A stretch of 64,000 bases of DNA from Candidatus Moanibacter sp. Lineage in GTDB: Bacteria; Verrucomicrobiota; Verrucomicrobiia; Opitutales; UBA2987. Position numbers and translations under genes: made by a program. This document shows, piece after piece, positions 31,753 to 41,501 of this stretch. Position 1 is the stretch's first letter. The number at the start of each line of letters is the position of its first letter. Location of the stretch: positions 13,582 through 77,581 of the forward strand of contig CBDCEW010000075.1 of NCBI GenBank assembly GCA_965215885.1, read 5' to 3'. The notes beneath the pieces were generated by a model that saw nothing but the letters and a program-made list of their open reading frames with translations, did no database searches and was not told the DNA's origin.

Positions 31753-32233
31753 TAGTAAAGGCCGGAGACATTTTCCCGGACCAAAAGAAGATCCGTATCC
31801 GCCGTCCATTCCGGGCGAATATGACTAACGCCACTCAGCTCCGGGTAGGCACGAATGGGAACCAATTTGCAGAACAGATGGAATTGACGCCTCAGGTCGT
31901 AGACAAAACGGCCGTCAACCGGACCGCAGAGGAGACCGCCCCGTTCGGAAAATAGCTCGCGGCAAAATTCCAGAAAATCCGTGGACACCTGTTTCTCCTC
32001 GTCCCGTATCGCCGATCCCGAAAAGCGTCGGATCTCAAAGGGGCGCCCACTCGTGTCACCGACCGACTGAAGAACTGCCAATGCCGCCGCGATGACCTCG
32101 CTGCCGATGCCTTCGCCATCCAAGACACCGATCAGGGAACGGTGCCGATCGGGAGGGGTCGCAAAAGCCTCGGAGACGGACTCGGTCCATCGACAGGGTG
32201 AAGGAGGGTGCGTGGCGGCTACCGAATTCACAA

Positions 32234-32418
32234 CTAGCCCGGACATTTCACACACTTCGTAGCGAGACGGCGGAGGTTGCGAAGCAACAAGGGCTTACCG
32301 AAGTCCGGAGGATGACGGTCCCGGCGTGCCGAAATGGAAGTCGGCGGACAAGGGAAGTCCTTGAGGCGTCCCGGCACGCCGGGACCGAAGCAGATGGCTT
32401 GTGAAATTTGCGGGCTAG
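32234..32418. mobile_element. MITE family 1, diverged copy
   Basis: CTAGCCCGGACATTTCACACACTTCGTAG ... TGTGAAATTTGCGGGCTAG. Confidence 0.85.
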
Positions 32419-32771
32419 TAGCGGCGGCCGCCACCGCCCCCTCCTCTGCCACCGCCACGTCCTCCTCTATCACCGCCACGTCCTCCTCTGCCGCCGCCCC
32501 CTCCCCCATCACCATAACGGGGTCTTTCCGTTCGTGGGCGAGCCTCATTGACGTTGAGCGTTCTGCCTTGTAGCTCTGTTTCATTCAGGCCATCGATTGC
32601 AGACTGCGCTTCATCTTTAGAGGGCATCTCTACGAATCCAAATCCTTTTGATTCACCGGTATACTTGTCATTTATAATAGCGGCGGATTCAACCTGCCCG
32701 AATGCTTCGAATGCCACCCTTAAATCCTCTTCGGTGACATTGTAGGATATATTTCCGACATAGATATTCAT
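32415..32771 (-). CDS. RRM RNA-binding protein with RGG tail
   Basis: IYVGNI (RNP2), KGFGFVEM (RNP1), VNEARP, Gly/Arg-rich tail. Confidence 0.96.
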   Translation of the reverse strand: MNIYVGNISYNVTEEDLRVAFEAFGQVESAAIINDKYTGESKGFGFVEMPSKDEAQSAIDGLNETELQGRTLNVNEARPRTERPRYGDGGGGGGRGGRGGDRGGRGGGRGGGGGGRRY

Positions 32772-33043
32772 TCTGTTCTCCCTTTATTAATTAGTCAAAA
32801 ACTCGCACACAGCCTGACGCCCGGCCTCACACCCGAGGCCTTGGCTAATTGTGTAAAGTCTAAGGTTCTAAAGTTCCTATTTATTTGTGCGTTCGCAATA
32901 TTAGATCTGCCGCAACTCTGCGGCGCTATATGCTCTAATCTACACTATCGCGGGGATTAAAACACGTTGTCAAGGAAGAAAAGACGGGCGACGGCCAGTA
33001 AGATCGGAGTTTTGAAAGTGGGAACAGTAAGTACGACAGATTC

Positions 33044-33100
33044 CTAGCCCGGACATTTCACACACTTCGTAGTAGAAGGTTTGTGGGATGTTCGGGCTAA
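33044..33100. mobile_element. MITE family 1, internally deleted copy
   Basis: Both TIRs joined at CGTAG; a family-2 end (CGACAGATTC) abuts its left CTAG. Confidence 0.85.
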
Positions 33101-34554
33101 CTCCTCGCCTCAATCGCCCAATTGTAGACATCGCTGTAGAGGGCGGCCGACTGTTTCCAGGAGAAGTCTTTCCTCATACCGTTAAGTCTGAGTTGCCGGA
33201 AGTCATCAGGATGCTCGGTAAAGAGCATGTAGGCTTTTCGGATCGCCTGAAACAGAGCTTGCTCATCGGCTTCATCGAAGAGGAAACCTGTGCCACTGGA
33301 ATCGTTTTCGCTGAACTCCTCGACCGTATCCACGAGGCCGCCGGTAGCTCGTACAACGGGAGGAGCGCCGTATTTCATGGCGTACATCTGGCTCAAGCCA
33401 CAAGGTTCAAAGCGGCTGGGCATAACGTAAGAGTCCGAACCGGCAAATATAAGATGGGCAAGCCTGTTGCTGAATCCCAAGTGGAGACCAAACTTTCCGG
33501 GGTATTCATGCGACAATTTTTTCAAGGTGTTTTGCAGTTCACGATCTCCTTCGCCGAGCACCGCAACCTGAATTTTGAACTTCGTCACGATCCTGGGAAT
33601 GATAGCGGCCAGAAGATCCAGACCCTTCTGCGGGTAAAGTCGGGATACGACGCCCAATAACATACACTCGGCACGAAGTTTCAGGCCGAATGCAACCTGC
33701 AATGATCTCTTGCAATCCGTCTTATGTTCCAGGCTCTCTTCGGAGAATCTGGTTGGAATTAACCGGTCCTTCGAAGGATCCCATTCATCCGTATCAATTC
33801 CATTCTGAATTCCGATGATGTCGGCGGCCCGAAATTCCAAAACTTCATCGAGGCCGCAGCCGAACTCGGGACTCCGAATCTCAACGGCATAATTGGGGCT
33901 CACAGTGGTTATCTTGGTTGCGTTATAAAGTCCCCCTTTGAGTAGATTCGCGCTTCCCATAGCCTCCAGACAGTCGGGACGATAGACATCGCTGGGAAGA
34001 TTGGCATACTCCACGATTTCCGACGAGCAGAGACCTTGATAGGCCAGGTTATGGATCGTTAACACACTTGCCGCACTTCCCAGCGGCTCGCCGTGGTCGG
34101 TTGTGTTGAGCATCAGGGGAACCAGCGCTGCAGGCCAGTCGTGGCAGTGGACTACATCCGGCATCCATCCCATATAATAACAGAGATCGAGCGCAGCGCG
34201 GCCCAGGAAAGTAAACCTCTTATCGTTTCCATGGCGTTCCGCGGCTGGTCCTTCGTAGATATCGGGATCAACGTAGTAAGCATCGTACTCGATAAAATAG
34301 GTATCGATTACGGTGCCCGGCAAACGGGTCTCCCAGACATAGGCCTGAATCGTTTCAGGACCGAGATAGACGTGAAGCGGCATATCGTATCGAATCCAGC
34401 TACTCTCTCGCTCGACACATCCGTAGAGTGGGCAAACGATACGTACTTCGTGTCCCAAATCAGTTAAACCTTTGGGCAGAGCTCCTGCCACGTCCGCCAA
34501 GCCACCCACTTTTACAAACGGCGATAACTCCGTTGTTATCATCAGGACTTTCAT
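33097..34554 (-). CDS. glgA: Glycogen synthase
   Basis: KVGGLADV, HCHDW, TIHNLAYQG, PSRFEPCGL. Confidence 0.97.
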   Translation of the reverse strand: MKVLMITTELSPFVKVGGLADVAGALPKGLTDLGHEVRIVCPLYGCVERESSWIRYDMPLHVYLGPETIQAYVWETRLPGTVIDTYFIEYDAYYVDPDIYEGPAAERHGNDKRFTFLGRAALDLCYYMGWMPDVVHCHDWPAALVPLMLNTTDHGEPLGSAASVLTIHNLAYQGLCSSEIVEYANLPSDVYRPDCLEAMGSANLLKGGLYNATKITTVSPNYAVEIRSPEFGCGLDEVLEFRAADIIGIQNGIDTDEWDPSKDRLIPTRFSEESLEHKTDCKRSLQVAFGLKLRAECMLLGVVSRLYPQKGLDLLAAIIPRIVTKFKIQVAVLGEGDRELQNTLKKLSHEYPGKFGLHLGFSNRLAHLIFAGSDSYVMPSRFEPCGLSQMYAMKYGAPPVVRATGGLVDTVEEFSENDSSGTGFLFDEADEQALFQAIRKAYMLFTEHPDDFRQLRLNGMRKDFSWKQSAALYSDVYNWAIEARS

Positions 34555-34750
34555 ATATTACCGGCTCTTCAGAAATAATCAGTAGGAGGAAAGCGTAGCC
34601 TAGTAGCGAGGTCAAGTTCGGCCCAGGGTGGCCAAATATCTTGTCCTCGCGAACCTTGTCGTAAGCCTTGTCGATTTGGTTTCGGTTCGAGATGCCTTCA
34701 AAGGTACCAGTCGCTCTCGTTCTCGTAATCGCTCTCGTTCTCGAAGAGGG

Positions 34751-35210
34751 TGCCCGCTAAAGACGCGAAAATGCGCGAAAGCGGGATAACAGAGTGGAAG
34801 TAATAGCAACGGATAAAAGCACAGCAGCGGATGAATTGAGACTCGCGATGATTTACCCACGTTGGGCTGCGCCCCATCCCACTGTGCTTGCCAGTAAATC
34901 TTGTTCCCGTGATCAAATAAAGGCTCGGATGAGCTATCCTCCTTCATCGACCACCGCAAGGAACCGTGGGATGGCTACTGCATCAGTGGGTACACTCTTT
35001 GTCGTGCTCGTGATCGTCTGGTGAGTCACTATGAGAGAAAGGATGCCGTTCAAACCCCCTATCGTGATCATAATCGTGATCTAGAATCGAAAGAAGAATA
35101 ACCGCGAGAATCCGCTTGAGGCGGAGACGGGGAGAGGGGATACCAATTCGATCTCCTCGTCGTGAATCATAATTGTAATCTAAAGTCGAAAAGAGGAAGA
35201 TCAACCGCAG
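34751..35210. repeat. Conserved non-coding block, copy A
   Basis: Near-identical to 36460-36920 and 37486-37945. Confidence 0.92.
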
Positions 35211-35847
35211 ACCAGTTTTCCCACGGATTCGACCCGTCTTCTCCTGCTCAGCGGGATGCGCCGAGCCAAGGGAAACCGCGGATTTTCAAAAGGGATTGCC
35301 CGCCAAACACGCAAAAAATACGCGAAAGAGGCGAGAGCAATGGGATCATGACAGCATGGAATGCGGCCCTTCCCGTAGCCGGACGACTTCGTCTTTCGGT
35401 CTTCCGGGCGTCCATTTCGATAGCGCACAAGAGGGAAGGGATCGCAGCGAATGAATGAAGGGCAGGTGGAGCTTTTCCTCCCGTGAGGGAATCTTCGTCG
35501 TAAGCTTCCTCGTCAACTCTGTCGTCGTTTTCGGTCGATCGACAAAGCTCGCGACAAAGGTAGGGGGCCAAGTAGTGAAGAGAAAGAATCGATCAAGCTT
35601 ACGACGAAGCTCACGATTGAGTTTGGGAAGGGGCCTCTTCGACCCGCAAGGGAAACTTCGTCGTAAGCTTCGGCGTCAACTTCGTCGTCCCTTCCACTCG
35701 ATTCCTCGACTAAGCTTACGATTGAGTTTTGGGGAACTTCTCCACCCGTAAGGGAAACTCTGTCGCGAGCTTTGTCGTCAACTTCGTCGTCCCTTCGGGT
35801 CCGAATCGAACTTCGCTTACGCTTATGATTACGATTTTTGACTGAGG

Positions 35848-36396
35848 TCAGAAGATCTGAGCGGCATCAAGGGCAAGGCCCGGAAAAAGACGCGAGGTTA
35901 CGGAGTCGCCACTTTCGAAGATCTTATATGGTTCGACGGGATTTTCCTGAAGGTCGTAGAGGGAAATTCGCTTTTCAATCGGGTCGATGAGCCAGAGTTC
36001 CACAACACCAAATTGCGCGTACGCCTTGCGCTTTAGATCCCGGTCGATTCCGAGGGTTGAAGGGGAGAGTATCTCGACCGCGAGATCGGGGGCACCTTCC
36101 AGCCCGTTCTCTCCAATAATCTGTAATCGCTCTCTCCCCACAAAGATGAGGTCGGGCTGAAATACATCGACTTCCGAGAGCCGGACATCAAGGGGTGCGA
36201 GATAAACCTCGCCCATTTCACTTTTTCTAACAAAAGGCGTCAAAACCAAATGAAGATTTCCCAGAATCTTCTGATGGTAAGATGTCGGTGACGGAGTCAT
36301 GTAGAGCCTTCCTCCTATTAGTTGATAATACGGGGGTCCTTCCGGAAGTTGCTGAAATTCATCAGCGGTAATCTGTATCTCTGCACTCAAGACCAT
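35848..36396 (-). CDS. Uma2 (DUF820) restriction-endonuclease-fold protein
   Basis: YQLIGG, PSPTSYHQ, QPDLIFV, APDLAVEILSPST, KRKAYAQFGVVELWLIDP. Confidence 0.95.
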   Translation of the reverse strand: MVLSAEIQITADEFQQLPEGPPYYQLIGGRLYMTPSPTSYHQKILGNLHLVLTPFVRKSEMGEVYLAPLDVRLSEVDVFQPDLIFVGRERLQIIGENGLEGAPDLAVEILSPSTLGIDRDLKRKAYAQFGVVELWLIDPIEKRISLYDLQENPVEPYKIFESGDSVTSRLFPGLALDAAQIF

Positions 36397-37030
36397 GGCT
36401 AAATCCTAATGAATCATTTTACCGAACACCCACCGACATGCAAACACGAAGTTTGGGAGTGCCCGCTAAAGACGCGAAAATGCGCGAAAGCGGGATACAG
36501 AGTGGAAGTTATAGCAACGTATAAAAGCACAGCAGCGGATGAATTGAGACTCGCGATGATTTACCCACGTTGGGCTGCGCCCCATCCCACTGTGCTTGCC
36601 AGTAAATCTTGTTCCCCTGATCAAATAAAGGCTCGGATGAGCTATCCTCCTTCATCGACCACCGGCAAGGAACCGTGGGATGGCTACTGCATCAGTGGGT
36701 ACACTCTTTGTCGTGCTCGTGATCGTCTGGTGAGTCACGATGAGAAAAGGAAGGCCTTCCAAACTTCCTATCGTAATCATAATCGTGATCTAAAATCGAA
36801 ACAAGAATAACCGCGAGAATCCGCTTGAGGCGGAGACGGGGAGAGGGGATACCAATTCGATCTCCTCGTCGTGAATCATAATCGTAATCTAAAGTCGAAA
36901 AGAAGAAGATCGACCGCAGATCACGATTTGGAATCACGATGGGAAAAAGGAAAGCGTTCAATCTTCCTGTCGTCGTCATAATCGTAGTCGATGGTCGAAA
37001 TTCATCGTTCAACGAAGTTTACGACCAGGC
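36397..37030. repeat. Conserved non-coding block, copy B
   Basis: Direct repeat of 37423-38060; lies upstream of the intact Uma2 gene. Confidence 0.92.
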
Positions 37031-37105
37031 TTACGCCAAAGTTTAGGTTTCGAAGGGGGGAGATCGACTGTCGATTACGATTATGATTACGATTTTCGAT
37101 TGGGG

Positions 37106-37422
37106 TCAAAAGATCTGAGCGGTATCAAAGGCAAGGCCGGGAAAGAGACGCGAGGTTACGGAGTCGCCACTTTCGAGAATCTTATAGGGTTCGACGGGAT
37201 TTTCCTGAAGGTCGTAGAAGGAAATTCGCTTTTCAATCGGGTCGATTAGCCAGAGTTCCACGGCGCCAATACTAAATGGAGATTTCCCAGGATCTTCTGG
37301 TGGCACGAAGTCGGTGACGGGGTCATGAAGAGTTTTCCTCCAATTAATTGATAATACGGGGGACCTTCCGGGAGCTGCTGATATTCATCAGCGGTAATCT
37401 GTATCTCTGCACTCAAGACCAT
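37106..37422 (-). pseudogene. Uma2 paralog with internal deletion of about 232 bp
   Basis: Aligns to both ends of 35848-36396; centre missing, frame shifted. Confidence 0.92.
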
Positions 37423-38060
37423 GGCTAAATCCTAGTGAATCATTTTACCGAACACCCACCGACATGCAAACACGAAGTATGGGAGTGCCCGCTAAAGACG
37501 CGAAAATGCGCGAAGGCGGGATACAGAGTGGAAGTAATAGCAACGGATAAAAGCACAGCAGCGGATGAATTGAGACTCGCGATGATTTACCCACGGTGGG
37601 CTGCGCCCCATCCCACTGTGCTTGCCAGTAAATCTTGTTCCCGTGATCAAATAAAGGCTCGCATGAGCTATCCTCCTTCATTGACCGCCGCAAGGAACCG
37701 TGGGATGGCTACTGCATCAGTGGGTACACTCTTTGTCGTGCTCGTGATCGTCTGGTGAGTCACGATGAGAAAAGGAAGGCCTTCCGAACTTCCTATCGTA
37801 ATCATAATCGTGATCTAAAATCGAAACAAGAATAACCGCAAGAATCCGCTTGAGGCGGAAACGGGGAGAGGGGATACCAATTCGATCTCCTCGTCGTGAA
37901 TCATAATCGTAATCTAAAGTCGAAAAGAGGAAGATCGACTGCAGATCACGATTTGGAATCACGATGAGAGAAGGGAAAGCGTTCAATCCTCCTGTCGTCG
38001 TCATAATCGTAATCGAAGGTCGAAATTGATCGTTCTACAATGTTTACGACGAGGCTTACG
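37423..38060. repeat. Conserved non-coding block, copy C
   Basis: Direct repeat of 36397-37030. Confidence 0.92.
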
Positions 38061-38254
38061 ACAAAGTTTGGGAGGAGTTTTCTTCCCGTGAGGGAATCTT
38101 CGTCGTCAACTTTGTCGCGAGCTTTGTCGAAATTTCTCCGCCAGGAGTGAGGCTCTATGCAGCGGAACAATAAACACATGGTGGAGAGGTAGAAACGACC
38201 ACGTTTACGACGAAGCTTGCGACAAAGTTTGGGATCGAAGAGGTATCCTTCAAT

Positions 38255-38890
38255 TCAATTCCTTTCTCCCCATGAGTACCTGCCAGCCATACCCTTCCCA
38301 ATCCGAATCAGTTGCAAAACGGCCAATGGGGCAAAAAAGTATACGGTTTGCACGGCCCCTGCCTTCTCCTGAGCCGCCTGGTGGTAAAAGACTAACAGTG
38401 CCGCTAGATAGGCCAGACGATGTAACCGCTTCCAACGCCGGCCACCGAGTTTGCGCACGGCCCAATCAGTGCTCGTCGAAGCCATTGTAAAGAGTATGAA
38501 GAACGCTGTCGCACCGGAGAGAATAAACGGTTTCTTCAGATTTTCCGGCAGGCTGTAGAATCCACCTTCGTAAACAAAATAGAAAAAGAGATGGAACACC
38601 ACATACACAAAAGAACTCACCCCTAATCGCCGCCGATGCCTGTTGAGGGCATTTACAATTTTCGACCTGGGAAACAGCTTTCGCAGTGGCGTTAGACTGA
38701 GAACGGCAATAAACAAAAGCGTTGCCGTCTTCCCCGCATATTCCAGCAGGTATTTTGCGGCATCCGCCAATACTGTAGGATCGCGAGTAAGAAAGGGATA
38801 AATCGGGTAAAGTCCCGGCAGTGCGATTACGGCATACATCAGTAGCGGTGATCGCAGAAGCTTTACCAGGACTGGCATGAATTGATCCAA
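38255..38890 (-). CDS. msrQ: Methionine sulfoxide reductase heme subunit
   Basis: LSLTPLR, RRRLGV, YVVFH, WKRLHRLAY; downstream of msrP. Confidence 0.92.
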   Translation of the reverse strand: MDQFMPVLVKLLRSPLLMYAVIALPGLYPIYPFLTRDPTVLADAAKYLLEYAGKTATLLFIAVLSLTPLRKLFPRSKIVNALNRHRRRLGVSSFVYVVFHLFFYFVYEGGFYSLPENLKKPFILSGATAFFILFTMASTSTDWAVRKLGGRRWKRLHRLAYLAALLVFYHQAAQEKAGAVQTVYFFAPLAVLQLIRIGKGMAGRYSWGERN

Positions 38891-39002
38891 ATATAACTCT
38901 CTAAATCTGGTAATATCCCGTCACGGAACGCCCGTACGAAGTCGCTAACATTCTCCTACATAATCGTGCCCGTAGGTGAATCGCACTAACGTAGGGCAAG
39001 AA

Positions 39003-39058
39003 TCGCTCGCAAGCGAGCTTCCTACGACAAACCTAAGTCTTTGTAGGAAGGCCGCTTG
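39003..39058. repeat. GTAG-type REP elements
   Basis: GTAGGAAGCTCGCTTGCGAGCGA (minus) and GTAGGAAGGCCGCTTG (plus); also at 43856-43947. Confidence 0.75.
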
Positions 39059-39143
39059 TCAAAGACTCTGCCGAACGGCAGAGCGGCCGAATCGGAAACA
39101 TCGGAGATCACCGTAGCGATTCCTCAAGTTAGTGGCATTCGTG

Positions 39144-40109
39144 TTAATAGTACCGCCTCAAATCGATCCCGCGATAAAGGTGAGCCACTTCCTTTTCGTA
39201 GCCGTTAAACATGAGCGTCTTTTGACGGCTGGAAAAGAACCCCCCTCCAATTATCCGTTCCGATGCCTGCGACCAGCGCGGATGGTGTACCGTGGGATTG
39301 ACATTGGCGAGGAATCCATACTCCCGTGGGGCAATCTGATTCCAGGAGTTGATGGGCTGCTTTTTCGTCAATTCGATGCGGATTATCGATTTTATGCTCT
39401 TAAATCCATACTTCCAGGGAACAACGAGTCGAATGGGAGCGCCATTCTGATTCGGCATCGGCTTTCCGTAGAGACCGGTGCCCATGAAAGAAAGGTCATG
39501 CTTCGCCTCCGCCAGAGTGAGCCCCTCTACGTAAGGCCACTTTATGCTGCCCCGCCGTCGCTGGCCGGGCGCGTTGATCGCGTCAACGAAAGATACAAAC
39601 TTGACAAACGCTGCCGTGCTCTTCGGCTGAACCAATTCAAGAAGCTTGCGCAGCGGAAATCCGTCCCAGGGAACCACCATCGACCACGCCTCGACACAAC
39701 GCAAACGGTAAACGCGCTGCTCAATCCCACCGACTTTCCTGATCAAGTCATTTACATCCATACGGATAGGATTTTCGACTTCGCCCGTTACTTCCACCGT
39801 CCATGGCTCCGTCTTCCAGCCGCGGTTGGCCAGTTTCTTCACTTCCCCCTTATCGGTGGAAAATTCGTAGAAGTTGTTATAGCTGGTGATGAGTTCAATA
39901 TCGGTCGGTTCGAGGTCGGGAAGAGTATATCTGGGATTGCGCTTCGATGGAAAACCCGCCGTCGCACCCCACGTCAGGTTGGGAATCAGTGCTGTTCCGA
40001 GCACCCCCTTTCCCAGAGTCTTTAAGAATTGTCGTCTTTTTCTATAATCTGCCTCCGGCGTCACAGCCGATTCCGGCAATTCCCAACTCGATGGAACCCG
40101 TATTTGCAT
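39144..40109 (-). CDS. msrP: Methionine sulfoxide reductase molybdopterin subunit
   Basis: Tat RRQFLK, YNNFYEF, RCVEAWSM, PWKYGFKSIK, HPRWSQASE. Confidence 0.97.
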   Translation of the reverse strand: MQIRVPSSWELPESAVTPEADYRKRRQFLKTLGKGVLGTALIPNLTWGATAGFPSKRNPRYTLPDLEPTDIELITSYNNFYEFSTDKGEVKKLANRGWKTEPWTVEVTGEVENPIRMDVNDLIRKVGGIEQRVYRLRCVEAWSMVVPWDGFPLRKLLELVQPKSTAAFVKFVSFVDAINAPGQRRRGSIKWPYVEGLTLAEAKHDLSFMGTGLYGKPMPNQNGAPIRLVVPWKYGFKSIKSIIRIELTKKQPINSWNQIAPREYGFLANVNPTVHHPRWSQASERIIGGGFFSSRQKTLMFNGYEKEVAHLYRGIDLRRYY

Positions 40110-40200
40110 AACCTATGTGATACGTCGGATCTAGAGAAAATTCCTTACAAATTTATGAACCTGAGGTTACTCCTCAAAGAGATTGTGGGACAATGTCCGA

Positions 40201-40447
40201 GTACGTGTTTAGCGTGCCTCTAATTGCTGGCTGCCCCGGTCTTGTGCCGGGGTGGCGCGCGTTCCCTGCTATTAACCGTGTGCCTCTACCAACCCCTCCG
40301 CCGGTCCTTTCTCGCCTCAGCCGTGTTCCGGCTGAGGCGAGAAAGGACCGGCGGAGGGGTGCGCGGTGGCAATCGCGTATTGTAGCTGTATACCGTGCGC
40401 CACCCCGGCACAAGACCGGGGCAGCCTCAGAAACGTTAAACACGTAC
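40201..40447. mobile_element. Palindromic MITE-like element (family 3)
   Basis: GTACGTGTTTAGCGT / ACGTTAAACACGTAC ends; inner 27-bp perfect IR; shorter relative at 46202-46312. Confidence 0.7.
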
Positions 40448-40712
40448 GAGACCGACAGGCTCTTAGAAACAAGAAAATGAGTACTGGTGGAAGAGAGCTT
40501 CAAAAGTGCTTGAGGTGCGGAAATCACGACCAATATGTCACAGTAACGGAGAAAATCATTCGCTTTCCTTGCAGGTTGTTCATTTGATACATTTAGTGTG
40601 ATTCATTTCGTCCCAAAGTTCAATTTTACTTTCTTCAAAGGAATCTGTCGGACCCTAAGTCCGACGGATTTCAAACCTGCATATTTCACACTATGGTAGC
40701 GAATTCCGACCA

Positions 40713-41285
40713 ATGTTGAAGCAAATTGAGTCCCCCCTCGACGAATCCCAGATCAGACTGGCCCTGGAGCAGCAGGGAAAGCTACTTCCCTTCAGGGGAT
40801 TGCTTTACATCTTCTGGGGAATCCGCAAATACCAGCTCCCCGTAAACTCCTTTTATATCTGGATCCCGACATTGATCTTTGCCTCTGTCTCTACCTGGGT
40901 CTATGCCGGTGTCACGCTCAGAGATGTCTATCGCCAGCCTCTCACGGGTCAGTTCGTCGCCGCAATTTGGGGTGGTTGTTTCATGGCGGCTGCTCTCATC
41001 GTGGTCGTCGGCTATGGCGGCGGGAGTCTCAGCCTGTTTATTCTGCCCGCCATCTGTGCGGTCATTCTCGGGGTCGGCTATTTCATTCACAGCGTCCTCG
41101 ATCAACGGTTTATATTCAAACTATCCGCCTACTGCTGGTGGCTCGGATCAATTCCCCTGTTCATCAATCCCAATCTGGATGCACTGGCTTGGTTTTCGCT
41201 CATGATTATTCTCTTTCAAGTCCTGCCCGCCACCGGACTATACCTACAGTGGAAATTCAAACCCGACGAAACCGAAGCGTTCTGA
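40713..41285 (+). CDS. Hypothetical multi-pass membrane protein
   Basis: 190-aa ORF with about six hydrophobic segments. Confidence 0.75.
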   Translation: MLKQIESPLDESQIRLALEQQGKLLPFRGLLYIFWGIRKYQLPVNSFYIWIPTLIFASVSTWVYAGVTLRDVYRQPLTGQFVAAIWGGCFMAAALIVVVGYGGGSLSLFILPAICAVILGVGYFIHSVLDQRFIFKLSAYCWWLGSIPLFINPNLDALAWFSLMIILFQVLPATGLYLQWKFKPDETEAF

Positions 41286-41501
41286 ACTCTTTCGGTTAGG
41301 AAACGTATTCTCACCCCGAGAAGCAATGTGGGGGGAGGCAAGCGTGGATTTGCGTTTAGCGACAGTAACTCGTAAACGAGTTATACGCCCACTACCTTCC
41401 CGCCACTCGATCTCTCTTCCAAACTTTCGCGTATTTTCGCGTGTTTAGCGGGCAATCTCTCCCCACTCGCATCCCGCATCCAGCAACCCGCATCCCTCCC
41501 T

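Larger units (their letters stand above)
29145..32231 (-). pseudogene. Isopropylmalate/isocitrate dehydrogenase-like gene split by an IS
   Basis: 5' part GEGIGSEV...VRENVSGLY (31752-32231); 3' part NLYGDILADL, HGSARDLAG, ANPAGQILS (29145-29831); halves rejoin in frame. Confidence 0.9.

Noticed and set aside
35848..37422. Diversity-generating retroelement TR/VR pair
   Set aside because: Differences are not adenine-specific and many are synonymous; no reverse transcriptase in the window
34751..38060. Integron cassette array
   Set aside because: No integrase and no recognisable attC RYYYAAC/GTTRRRY boundaries
34612..38179. ORFs in the repeat blocks (e.g. 36409-36810, 36692-37012, 37435-37758)
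   Set aside because: Frames and lengths differ among near-identical copies because of indels; DYD-rich translations come from the DNA repeats
39132..40025. 297-aa ORF antisense to msrP and similar antisense ORFs
   Set aside because: Shadows of well-supported genes on the opposite strand
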